Source: Psammoneis japonica (Eukaryota). Taken from it: a stretch of 35,845 nt of DNA. How positions within the stretch are numbered: the first letter of the stretch is position 1; each line of letters opens with the position of its first letter. Below the pieces are notes generated by a model. It was not told the DNA's origin. It made no database searches and saw only the letters and a list, made by a program, of their open reading frames with translations. Location: positions 1-35,845 of the forward strand of contig QPGO01000380.1 in assembly GCA_008632985.1 (NCBI GenBank). The letters are read 5' to 3'. The translations under genes were made by a program, and so were the position numbers. Positions 23,906 through 35,741 of this stretch are shown piece by piece.

Positions 23906-25561
23906 ATGATGAGTGATTCTTTAAAAGAACCTTGCATCAATTGTGAGGCAAAATTTGAACATTCTGATTTGGACGACATGAAATTGAGTCAGTCGTGTGA
24001 TGATGGCAGCACTCGCACTTGGAAGTGTCCGTGCATTCATGGCACCCATGGCATTGAAGCTTTGTTGTTTGTTGAGGATCGTTTTTGCAAGATCGCCATG
24101 AAATTGGAGTTCACCACCGGCGAGGAATTGCTTGACAATTTTGAAGAAGTGTTGGCCGACGCTGCTGAGGACAAATGGGCGAATTTGACTGACGCTGTCA
24201 CTGATGCTGACAAAACTGTTGCGCGTTTTGATCAAGAGATGAGTCATTTTTACCTGTCTCATTGTGACAATGAGGCATGTGACACTGTGATTGAACACTT
24301 GCCAACCCTGAAGAAACTGTTCAAATTTGAAGCACAGGCGCGTGCTGATCGCATGGAGACCTCAACTTGCCACTCTGACAAGTTGCCAGGAAATGCTCCT
24401 CAAGTCAATGATGCTCAGAAGAAGAAGATGATCTTTGACAGCTTTCCTCATCAGCGGCATGAGATGTGCACTCAAACAGGACAATCAATGGCCAACGACA
24501 GTCTCACTGAGATCATTGGCTGCGCGAACAATGAGAAATCCTTTGCTGACAAGAGCAGCAACAAGAAACAGGACAAGAAGCAAAAGTGCCCTGTGCATGT
24601 GCTGGGCGCTGAAAAGAAGATGTGTCATGACTTTGTCGTTGTGAAAATCATGAGCCAGTTTAGAGTGGAGAAAGTGGGATCGTGCGAACAGGGAATCTTG
24701 CCAAATCCCTGTTTGTTCGCATTTGGATCGCATCAAATCGATCGTGCATTCGCATTGTGGATCGTGCGAATCAAGCCATCACGCACCATGCATGAGTGAT
24801 GTCATCGTGTGGAATCACGCCACCATTGTGGGCCAGACGACGGGCTGGTGTGCTTCACATGGATGCTCTCTCAGCGTCCTTCTGGAATTTCCTAAGACCT
24901 GGAGCCATGCCCTCCTGTGGTCGTGCTTCCCAGGTGCACGTTGACAACACTACGTTGTCACGCACAAGAGGCTTGTGCACGGTCTTGCCGTGTTGTCCAG
25001 CAGCGAGGCATGCTGCAAAAGAGCAACACTTCATCCTCTCAGGCTTCCAGGCAAAGTCAAGGGAACAATGCTTGAGCTGATCCAGAGCCCAGGTGCCCAG
25101 TGCACGCCAATCATGACCACAAATGGAAGGATTGCATTTTGAATCCGGACAGCCAAAACTGTCAACCAAGGACAGACCGTGGAGGTCATGGTGGAGTTCG
25201 AGGTGGAGGCTGTGGAAACTTCCAAGGTGGAGGTTCACAAGGCCAAGGAGGTCGTGGCAACTTCCAAGGTCAAGGACGTGGCAGCCATGGCAATCAAGGC
25301 AATTGTGGTGGCCGAGGACATGGCAACTGCCAAGGATGTCAAAATTCCCAAGGCGGAGGATCTCATCATCAAAATCAAAATGAAACCGAAGCCAACGGGG
25401 ACACCCAAGGCTGTGAAAATCTGGCTGGAACAGCTCCTCCTGGTGGCTGGCAAATGGAGTCACACCATTTTGATCAAGGAGGGCCTCGTGAGACACGAGG
25501 TGGAAATGGATGCAACCAAGGCGGTCGTTTTCCTCAAGGCCAATGCAGCTGGTGTAATTGA
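23906..25561 (+). pseudogene. gag: G2 gag, interrupted by a ~430-bp insertion
   Basis: MMSDSLKEP...KCPCIHGTHGIEALLFVEDRF, then CPVH...HKWKDCILNP knuckle and an RGG/Gly-rich tail. Confidence 0.8.
24587..25017. mobile_element. Insertion in G2 gag, probable solo LTR of another family
   Basis: Absent from G3 (empty site near 34470-34485). TG...CA termini with TSD AAAG, or alternatively a 7-bp duplication GCAAAAG. Confidence 0.7.
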
Positions 25562-26010
25562 CAAGGGATGGAAGTGCCCAAGTCAGAGCGTGTCGCTCAA
25601 TCTTTTTATGTTTCATGTGATTGTGATTGATGTGTGTGTTTTAATGTTGATGAAAGTGTGGGGGACCTGATGGAATCCTGTGCTGTGAATGAAGAAGAAA
25701 TGGGCAGCGCCTTGGAGCATGCTGCGCCAACCCCAAAAACTGCGACTCCCAAACCATTGAATGTGGTGCCTGTGACGTTGATGGCAGCGCACACAATTCA
25801 AAATCAAGAGAGCAAGTGAATGTTGTGTGTGTCATTAGATTCAGGGGGCACTGACACACTTGTGCATTCTTGAGTTTTGCCCAAGGGAGCCAATCCAACC
25901 ATGAATGATGAGGGACAACTGAGCTTTCAGACAGCAGCCGGATGATGTGAATCCTCCCGACATGTTGTCATGAAGGATTTGGTGCTTCCCAAGTTTGACA
26001 AGTCCAAACA

Positions 26011-29000
26011 CGGCAAGTGTCCCACACCGGATTGACAGAAGCTGCAGCTTTGCTGATTGAGCATCTCCGGCGACGAACCCCAGTGTCAGCATCCAATTTT
26101 CTTGCACCTGAAGAAGTCAGTGGGAAATTCAAGTCGTGGACAGAATCCACCTCTGCTTTGATCAAGTCCGGTCTTCATTTGGGCCGCTGGAAGGCTGTGC
26201 ATTCTAAGCACATGTGTTCTTCAGAAACGGATCCACAAGGTGACCCCACTGTGAAAAGCATTGAATTGGATGAAGTCCAAGACAGCCTGCAACAGATCCG
26301 CTTGAATCTGCTCAACTGCGCACTCAAATGGGGACATTCTTGCAACAGGTGGTGTGACGTGGTCAACATTGTGATCTTCAAAGAGCCAGGCAATGACAAG
26401 ATCCACCATCTCCACGTGATCCATGTGCATGAAGCAGACTTCCAGTTGATTGCCAATGTGAAATGGCGTGCCCTGGTGCAACATGTGGAACAACACCGAT
26501 CATTCAATCCAGGTGTCTACGGCACTCGAGCTTTCCTGTGTGCTCAGACTCCTGCATTCCTTGAAGTTCTGATGTTGGAGAGACATCAAGGGTCTCTCGC
26601 AAGACGTTGGTCACGAGTGACAATGACTGCACCTCGTGTTGTGACAGGAATCTCCCGGTCCTCATGGCGATCATGTCAGTCAGTTTGGGCATGGAACCAT
26701 CAGCAGTGGCTGCAGCAATTGCAACCAACCATCTAGCCAGGCACTGGTTGCCAACCTTGTTGGGTCTCTCTGAGGAATTTCACTCACACAATGCAGAACA
26801 CCCCATCTGCGGTGCTGGCCAAGGCAGTGGCAACTCACCTTTTTACTGGAACAACTTGTGCAGTGTTCGAATCACCAGATGGGTCTCATCAGCTCAACAT
26901 CTGCACAAGAGGACATGCAGACGATGCGCCCAAGCAGGTGAATGACTTCAGAGCATCTCCTCAGCCTTCTGCAGAAGATTTGGCTCCCAAATTGCAGCAC
27001 AATGACCAACTCTGGTGCAACTTGCTCCATGCCAGTGGACACAAACCAGAACTCCCCAAGTGTTCCTTTCATGCTGTCGATTGGGACTTCTCAGAATTTG
27101 GTGAACTGAGCCTCCAACCGCATGACCAAGACATGTCTGTGGAAATTTTCTCAGCCGATCACTCCTCTTCCAGACACAGCAAGCAGCTGTCTCGCTTTGC
27201 TCCGCACAAAACACTGCCAAAGAAACAGCAACAAGTGCTCCAAGCCAAGAGTGATGGAAAAGCGTCATTCACCAGGGCTGTCCCTCTAGACCAGACCAAA
27301 TTGTGGAGATGCTGCCACGCGTGTCATTTGCCGTTGATGTCTTTTGTTCTTGCTGGCTCTCACTTTGCTTCCAAAGTGTTGAAACAAATGCAGCAACGCA
27401 CTGTGAGAGTTGCATTTGCCAAATGCGGTTGCAACAGGAATGCAAAGTGCTTGACACTGTGTGGCCCTCAATCTCTTGGTGGTGGTGGATTTCGTTCTCT
27501 TGACGCAGAACAGGGAATTGCCCAAATGCAACAGCTGTTGAAACATTCTCGAGGCGCACAGCATCTTGTTCAAGACGATCAACCACACGCTGCGGCTCAC
27601 ATTGCCATTGCATGGAATCAGCTGCATTCAGGCACAGGGGTCAGCTTCCTCAGAGACATTGACACTCCTCATCCACATGACAAGTTGCTGTGGCTTGCAT
27701 CAGTTTGGTCTTTTCTGCAGAGCATTGAAGGCCACATTGCATTGTCCCAAGATGGAGCACTCCCCTTGCAGAGAGTCAACGATCAGTTTTTAATGGATGT
27801 TGCTCTGGAGTCACAAGAATTCACTTCAGAGAAATCCGATGGATCAATCATTGCCACTTGCATCTTCGGGTCCTGACAGTCTTGGATGTCACTCTGGCAG
27901 ACGGACGCTTCTTAGATGAGTCCAAAGTTTGCGGTGATCTCACTTGCCTCAGCAGTGACAGCACCCTCAACAACGTCGAACAGATTGCACCTTGCCACCG
28001 TGCATGGAGTCCTTGGATGTGGCCATGTGAGCTGTTGTGTCATCAAGACTCAGTTTGTTTGAAAGCTCCCTCAGGAGACTGGCTTGTGCCCCCTTCTGAA
28101 ATGAGGATGCAATGTTCAGCGCATTGGTCTCCCAAAGAATCACACCTGTGCGTTCGATCTCCGTCAGGATTTGACATTTTTCCAGTTCAGGACACTTTTG
28201 CCACGTCGCTGCACCAACTCGAAACGGTTCCCTCCCCCTCTGACTCTTCATTCCCAGTTGAGATTGTCTCCACAGATGACGGCAGATGGAGGTGCATTCC
28301 TCATTGCCCGAAACTCTTGGTTGAAACAAGCATTGCCTCCCTGGGAGTCCTCTCTCTTTTCAGACATTGATTTCCGCACTCCCGTTTGTGAACTGATGGA
28401 CCATTTTGCATCAAGTTGCCCAGTTGCGGGCAGCGACGGATCCGTGCTTCATCACGATGCAACCTTTGGATGGACGATTGCATTCAACGGCAGACCCTTG
28501 GTGGATTGTGCTGGTCCTGTGTTTGGTCGTTCGCCATCATCCCATCAAGCTGAGGCTTGCGGTTTTCTCTCCCTGATTCGGTTCATCCATTGTCTGACAG
28601 AGTTTTGCAAGATGTCAACGCATGAAGGTGTTGACAACTGGTGTGACAACAAGGCCTTGGTCCGTGTCCTTTCCAGATTGTCTTCCAGCCACCCGTCCAT
28701 TGACCCGTCGCCACAAGAGCATTCCGACAGAGACTTTTGTCTGCAACAACATGATGCCAATGTTCTTTCATCTGACTGGGATGTCATCAATGAAACACAC
28801 TTAACGCTTGAAGCCATTCCTCAGGCTCTAAATCCTTCTTCCCCCGGGCAGGCACTGTCCACAGCTTGGGTGAAAGGACACCAGGACAGACAAGCTCCAG
28901 TGGAGACTCTCCCACTGAATGCACAAGTCAACGTGCGTGCAGACAGGTTGGCAGGAAGACACCAAGGACAATGTGACGCAGACACAACGGAGGTGCTTCC

Positions 29001-30118
29001 CTTTCCCCATTGTCAATCACACCTTTGCCTCACCAATGGAACGGTCACTGCAGGAATGAAATCCACGGTCAGATGTGCTGCAACGGCTCCTGCTCTCTTG
29101 GCATGCATTCGGGAAAGAAACGATTGGGATGAATCTGTCACAGAAAAGATCGGCTGGAAGGTCCATGCAACATTGGGGTGCAGGTGCTCCAAGAAACTTG
29201 TCTCCACGGTTGAACTCATCCACGACCTCCTTCCAACAAACAAGATCACTCATCGGTGCAATCCTGTGCGGCCACATCATTGCCTCATGTGCGAACACCC
29301 CATGGAGGGTCGTGACCACATTTTAAGATGCCCCGCCAACGAGGCCTGGCATCGCAAATTCCTGCAGGGCTTGCAAAAATGCTGCGACAAAATTGACACA
29401 ATGCCACCTCTGCGTGATCTGCTGCTGACTTCCCTTGAGACATGGCTGGAAGGTGAGATGCAGCATGAATCTGACATTGCCCCGATGCTGCGAACGTCAT
29501 GGAAAGCCCAGTCAGAAATGGGATGGCGAAAAGTTTTTAATGGACAGTGCTCTGCCCTTTGGAATGTGTTTCAGGAGATGCATCTTCGTGAGATGGGTCT
29601 GTTGGAGAAACACAGGAAAGAGAATCGACCTCCTCCTGTGTGGGGAGTGCAGATGGGAACTTGCATTTGGAAGTCCTGGTGGGAACTGTGGGAAGAACAC
29701 AATCAGGAGGTTCATGGTCATGACGCGGATTCAAGGAAATCATCTTTACAGCGTCAGGTGGAAGCCGAGCTCATGGCTGTTTACAACAAAAGACAGGATT
29801 GTTTGTCTAAAGACAGAGAGGTGCTGCTGGATTCAGCAGACGACCACATGACCCACTCCACACTGCAGATTGTGAATTGGGTTGCTGTGGTTAAACCACG
29901 TCCAAAAGAAAGCCCAAAGAAGGCAATGCGCGAGGTGCTTCATGGCACTCACTCCATTGCAAGCTGTTTTGGATGGGCATCATCTCATGGTGATGCCCCT
30001 TTCGGCTGATCCCAAGAAGCTTCTGCCGCACTCAACGGTGCACTGGAAGTGTGGGTCAGCCGGCGCTGGCTTGGCTGGCAAAGGAGTGACAGCACTTTGA
30101 ATGTAGATCTGGTTTTTT
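26011..30118 (+). mobile_element. 5'-truncated non-LTR retrotransposon with RT, RNase H and Cys/His motif (Ambal-like)
   Basis: TSD TTTGACAAGTCCAAACA at 25994-26010 and 30119-30135, with the empty site present in G3 (33488-33504). Motifs SGLHLGRWKA, GAGQGSGNSP, GHADD, GPQSLGGGGF, SDGS...SSHQAEACG...WCDN...WVKGHQD...NVRADRLA, CLMC...DHILRC. Clade assignment is an inference. Confidence 0.92.
26017..30009 (+). pseudogene. LINE ORF2 remnant (RT-RNase H), frameshifted
   Basis: ORFs 26017-26736, 26607-26945, 26791-27876, 27858-28370 and 28171-30009 join into one polyprotein. Confidence 0.88.
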
Positions 30119-31243
30119 TTTGACAAGTCCAAACAAGTTGATGGAATTGTGGCTCAAGTGTTTGATTTGCCGTGCAAGCATGATGTGACATTGGGTCAAG
30201 ACTTCCTGGCTAAAGCCGGAACAGTGTTGGACTTCCGGTTTGGAGTCATGAAGTGGTTGGATGCTGCAATCCTGATGAAGCAATCCAATCATTGGAGCCA
30301 AGTGCAGAGTTGGTTGGATGTGCTGGATGATCACAAGGAGGACAAAGCCAGTGCAGAATCATCAAGTCAAACCTTCATGTCAGATGCGAAGCATGAAAAA
30401 GTGTCGACCGAAAAAGTGGCGCAATCGCAATCTCATTTGACGCAGGAGCAACGCGATGAACTTCAACCCGCACTTGAGAGTCATGAAACTCTTTTTGATG
30501 GAACCCTTGGCAAATGTCCACACAAGACTGTGCACTTGGAAGTTGATGCCAATGCTGTCCCCTTTCATTCTAAAGCCTGTGAAGTGTCCAAACAAGACGA
30601 GGCGGTTTTCAAGAAGGAACTGCAACATCTCTGCAATGTTGGTGTGCTGGAGCCAGTGGGACCAACTCAATGGGTGGCAGAAACCTTTGCTCCACTTGCC
30701 AAGTTGACCGGCAAAAGCAAATTGGAATGGACTCCAGAGTGTCAGAAAGCCTTTGAAGATGTGAAGACTTCAATGATGGATGATGCCCTTTGGGTCCACC
30801 CAAATCACAACAAGCCCTTCCATGTTTGCACCGATTCCGCCGATTGTCAAATGGGCACAGTGATCATGCAAGATCAAAAGCCGGCAGCACATTGGTTGCA
30901 GAAGCTCAGTTCAGCACAGCAGAATTGTTCAACCACCAAGAAAGAACTTCTCGCGGTGGCAATGTGTTTCAAAGAATTCCGTTCCATGTCACGGGGCTGA
31001 TTGTGCTGTTTTCACTGATCACAAAAATCTCACCTTTTGCACACTCAATTCTCAATGAGTGCTCAGGTGGAGGCTCTTCTTGGGAGACTTTGCTCCAACC
31101 TTTGAGTGTGTTGACAGCAAGGACAACCTGTTGGCAGACTGCTTTTCGTGATTGCCACGCATGGATCCACCAATGGAAGGGAAGTGCACTCCGAATGAAG
31201 GCCAACTGACAGATTTCAAGTCTTTATCTTGTCAGACCTTGCA

Positions 31244-31393
31244 TCAACAATCCCAGTCATTCGAATCTCCCGAATCTTGCAGCTGCTGATGCAAACGAGA
31301 TCGCTTTCAGTGAAGCCCATCACAACGGCTCCTCTTGTGTCTGATGGGATCATTGACACCATGTGTCAGAAAAACAGGGTGCGCAACACTGCA
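31244..31393 (-). repeat. G3 3' LTR (truncated)
   Basis: Begins TGCAGTGT on the minus strand and matches 23513-23610. Confidence 0.8.
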
Positions 31394-31405
31394 CTCTTCC
31401 CTTCC
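31394..31405 (-). promoter_or_regulatory. Polypurine tract
   Basis: GGAAGGGAAGAG immediately before the TG of the 3' LTR. Confidence 0.85.
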
Positions 31406-31519
31406 ATGATTTGAATCATGAGAATCATGCAGGACTCCAAAATTTTAAAATTTCAATTCAAATTCCATGAGAGGAAACAAGGGAAACCCAAGTGTTGGTG
31501 AAAAAACCCTTGACCTCAA

Positions 31520-33930
31520 ACTCGACACGGTGTGATGTGCCGAACATCAAGTTGTTCCACCACATGAGGCGCCCGTTGAACTGCAACAGTGCCATTGACA
31601 TGCACCTGAACAATGGGATGATGGCCATGTGCTCAAGGTGCGAGCTTTGAAGGATCAACTGTCTTGACAAGCACTTGATTGCCAACTTGAAAATCACAAG
31701 ATCATTGTTTGGCATTTGCTCTGTGGAGATTTGTGCCAATGATTGCTTGTCGATGTTCTTGAACAGTGGCAAGATCCGCCAGAACTGGCAGGTCTAAAAT
31801 CATGTCATGGTGGAATGCCATGGCACCGGGTGAAACCTTGAGAGCTTGGGATGCCGCGCATTGCATGGCATGCATTGCTGTTGCCAAAGCATCATCCACC
31901 AGTTGATTGCCTTGTCCGACATTCTGTGGAGGATGAAGATGAAGCAAAGTGCGCAAGACATTGCCAGCAGTTTGATGCACGCGTTTGCATGCCGCATTGG
32001 CTTGTGGATTTCTGGATGCAGTGGGCACATCTTCCACTCCTGCCTGTTGCAACAATGGTTGAAAATGTTCTCCAACAAATTCTCTGCCATTGTCATGAAT
32101 GCAACGGTTGGGACGAGGATGACGAGACAACCAACAATTTTGAAATTCCTGGGAGACATGTTCGGAGGTTTTGTTGTCCACACGGATGAGTTCAGCAACA
32201 TTCAAAACCGCATCAATGCAAGTCAAAGCGTTGAATTTGATCTCCTGGCCCTGAGTGTCAATCTTCCAGGGACCAATGAGGTCGACTGCAGCTTCACTCC
32301 ATGGTGACAAAGATGCTTTGCGTTCAGGTGGCTCCCCATGTCCAGGACCCAAAGTTTTCAAGTGTTGACAATCAACACAACAAAATTCTTTGCAGGTCCA
32401 ACAAAGGACAGGATGACAAAAATGAGAGCCAATGGTTGAATGCATGCAATGCATTCCTGCATGTCCCAACATCCTGTGATGCCATCGAATCATGTCAGGC
32501 AATGAAGCAGTGGGAATGCCGATTTTCCAGTCTGTTGGAGGAGCATTGGGATGAGCTCAACAACAAATCACAGGACGTTGGTTCACACATTCAATCACGA
32601 ATCGTTCCGGATGTTGTTGTTGCATGTTGTTCAATTCCACATCAACAAATTGACGCTGTTGAATTCATTGCACAGTTGTTGGGTTTTGCATTTCATCAAG
32701 TGAAGGACAGTCCAAATGGAGTGACAATCGCACAAAGGTCCTTGGAGTCATTGCCCAGCTCCACATGACAGTGAAACATGGTGAGGTCCAACTTGGTCAA
32801 AAATTCACACCCTGATCGTCGGTGTAAAACATCTTGAACAATCGGTGGAGGGCAAACTTTCCGCTTGAGAACCTTGTTCAACTCTCGAAAGTCAGATGCC
32901 CACCTCACTCGTCCATCTTTCTTGGGTGTCACAAAGGCTCCTGCTGCCCATTCCATTGGTCCCACTGGCTCTGGCACACCAATGTCACAGAGATGTTGCA
33001 GTTCCTTCTTGAAAACCGCCTTGTCTTGTTTGGACACTTCACAGGGCTTTGGAATGAAAGGGAACAGCATCAGCATCAACTTCCAAATGCACAGTCTCGT
33101 GTGGACATTTGCCGAGGGTTCCATCAAAAAGAGTTTCATGATTCTCAAGTGCGATTTGAAGTTTGTCGCATTGCTCCTGCATCAAATGAGTTTGCGATTG
33201 CGCCACTTTTTTGGTCGACACTTTTTCACACTTTGCATCTAACATGAAGGATTGACTTGACAATTCTGCGTTGGCTTTGTCCTCCTTGTGATCGTCCAGT
33301 GCATCCAACCAATTCTGCACATGGCTCCAATGACTGGATTGCTCCATTGGGATCGCAGCATCCAACCATTTCATGACTCCAAACCGGAAGTCCAACACTG
33401 TCCCGGCTTTGGCCAGGAAGTCTTGACCCAATGTCACATCACACTTGCACGGTGAATCAAACACTTGAGCCACAATTCCATCAACTTGTTTGGACTTGTC
33501 AAACTCGGGAAGCACCAAATCCTTCATGACAACATGTCGGGAGGATTCACATCATCCGGCTGCTGTCTGAAAGCTCAGTTGTCCCTCATCATTCATGGTT
33601 GGATTGGCTCCCTTGGGCAAAACTCAAGAATGCACAAGTGTGTCAGTGCCCCCTGAATCTAATGACACATGCAACACCTGCTTGCTCTCTTGATTTTGAA
33701 TTGCACGCACTGCCATCAACATCACAGGCACCACATTCAATGGTTTGGGAGTTGCAGTTTTCGGGGTTGGTGCAGTGTGCTCCAAGGTGCTGCCCATTTC
33801 TTCTTCATTCATGGTGTGGGATTCCATCAGGTCGCCACACTTTCATCAACATCAATGCATGTGTGCTCATCACAATCACACGAAACATAAAAAGATTGAG
33901 CAACACGCTCTGACTCGGGCACTTCCGTCC
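31520..33930 (-). pseudogene. pol: G3 pol: protease, partial RT, integrase
   Basis: SLDSGGTDT (PR); WAAGAFVTPKKDGRVRWASDFRELNK, TKLDL, TPFG (RT); WHHRMLGHAG...CVDC, VDLIGPW, IHDNGREF, NPQANA (INT). Confidence 0.92.
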
Positions 33931-33934
33931 CTTG

Positions 33935-35154
33935 TCAATTCAGCCAACTGCGTTGGCCTTGAGGAAAACGACCACCTTGGTCACACCCATTTCTGCCTCG
34001 CGTCTCACGAGGTCCTCCTTGATCAAAATGGTGCAACTCCACTTGCCAGCCACCAGGAGGAGCTGTGAAGCCGGATTTCCACAGCCTTGGGTGTCGCTGT
34101 TGGCTTGGGTGCCATTTTGATTTTGATGACAAGATCCTCCGCCTTGGGAATTTTGAGATCCTTGGCAGTTGCCATGTCCTCAGCCACCACAATTGCCTTG
34201 ATTGCCACAGCTGCCATGTCCTCGACCTTGGAAGTTGCCATGACCTCCTTGGCCTTGTGAACCTCTGCCTTGGAAGTTTCCACAGCCTCCACCTCAACCT
34301 CCACCATGACCTCCATGGTCTGTCCTTGGTCGACAGTTTTGGCTGTCTGGATTCAAAATGCAATCCTTCCATTTGTGGTCATGATTGTCATGCCCTGGGC
34401 ACCTGGACTCTGGATCAGCTTGAGCATTGTTCCCTCGACTTTGCCTGGAAGCCTGAGAGGATGAAGTGTTGCTCTTTTGCTTCTTGTCCTGTTTCTTGTT
34501 GCTGCTCTTGTCAGCAAAGGATTTCTCATTGTTCATGCAGCCAATGATCTCGGCGGGACTGTCGTTGGCCATTGATCGTCCTGCTCGAGTGCACATCTCA
34601 CACCACGAATGAGGAAAGCTGTCAAAGATCATCTTCTTCTTCTGAGTGTCATTGACTTGAGGAGCATTTCCTGGTGACTTGTTAGAATGGCAAATTGAGG
34701 TCTCCGTGCGATCAGCACGTGCCTGTGCTTCAGATTTGAACGGCTTCTTCAGGGTTGGCAAGTGTTCAATCACAGTGTCACGTGCCTCATTGTCACAATG
34801 AGACAGGTAAAAATGACTCATCTCTTGATCAAAACGCGCAACAGTTTTGTCAGCATCAGCAACAGCATCAGTCAAATTCGCCCATTTGTCCTCAGCAGCA
34901 TCGGCCAACACTTCTTCAAAATTGTCAAACAATTCCTCGCCGGTGGTGAGCTCCAATTTCACGGCAATCTTACGAAAACGATCCTCAACAAACAACAAAG
35001 CTTCAGTGCCATGGGTGCCATCAAAACGCGGACACTTCTGAGTGTGAGTGCTGCCATCATCACATGACTGGCTCAATTTCACGTCCTCCAAATCAGAATG
35101 TTCAAATTTCACCTCACAACCAACACAGGGTTCTTTCAACGAATCACTCATCAT
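33935..35154 (-). pseudogene. gag: G3 gag
   Basis: Near-identical to G2 gag but without the insertion. One frameshift in the Gly-rich tail. Confidence 0.82.
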
Positions 35155-35346
35155 GCAATGTGGAGCACAATTGCAAAACAGTCCTCTCCAGGGACTCCAC
35201 CTTTGACTCCAAATGATGCACTCGGCTTGCCAAATTCTGCTCGTGTCGTTTGCGTTGTTGTGCTTGTTTCTGGTGGTCAAAGCCCAAGCTTCTGCTCTTG
35301 CTCGTAATTCTCTTTTCTCACATTTGTTCAATCTGTTTGTGTTGTT

Positions 35347-35741
35347 GACACGTTCCAGCCCCAGGTGGGAGCTCGCAGTGCTGACGTGTGACAACAACAA
35401 CTTTTGTCATCCGTCGCATGTTTCGCGTGCAGATTTCTGCGTGTGACATTAAAAAAAATTGTCCAGACTCGCTGTTTTGCGAAGCCCCAGACGTTTTGTG
35501 TGACAAATTTATAGAAACAACAATGCGCCAGTTGCATTCTTCAATGTCTGAAGAATGCAACTGGCCAAGTAAAAAATGATGTGCTTCAATCATGTGCGAG
35601 TTTGTGCATTCGCAAAATTGCCTCATTTTCTGTTGGCGATCATTGACATTTTAATTGCCGTGTGATTTTGCTGTGGAGCTCGCACGCAGAAGTCTGCGGG
35701 CCCAATGTCGCATGGATTCCCACCTGCGTCTGGAACGCGTC
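35347..35741. mobile_element. MITE family A, copy A3 (395 bp), inserted in the G3 5' LTR
   Basis: TIR GACACGTTCCAG / CTGGAACGCGTC. TSD TGTT at 35343-35346 and 35742-35745. Empty site visible in the G2 LTR near 23714. Confidence 0.95.

Larger units (their letters stand above)
23513..31220 (+). mobile_element. Ty3/Gypsy element G2 (5' LTR, gag, partial pol) with two nested insertions and the RT core deleted
   Basis: Aligns in reverse complement with G3. PR and RNase H motifs (VCTDSADCQMG, KKELLA). The RT start GPTQW is joined directly to the connection region APLAKLTGK near 30685. Confidence 0.92.

Noticed and set aside
35347..35741. ADAR-type RNA editing fixed by reverse transcription
   Set aside because: DNA-transposon-type elements are affected, and TAG contexts (ADAR's preference) are among the best preserved.
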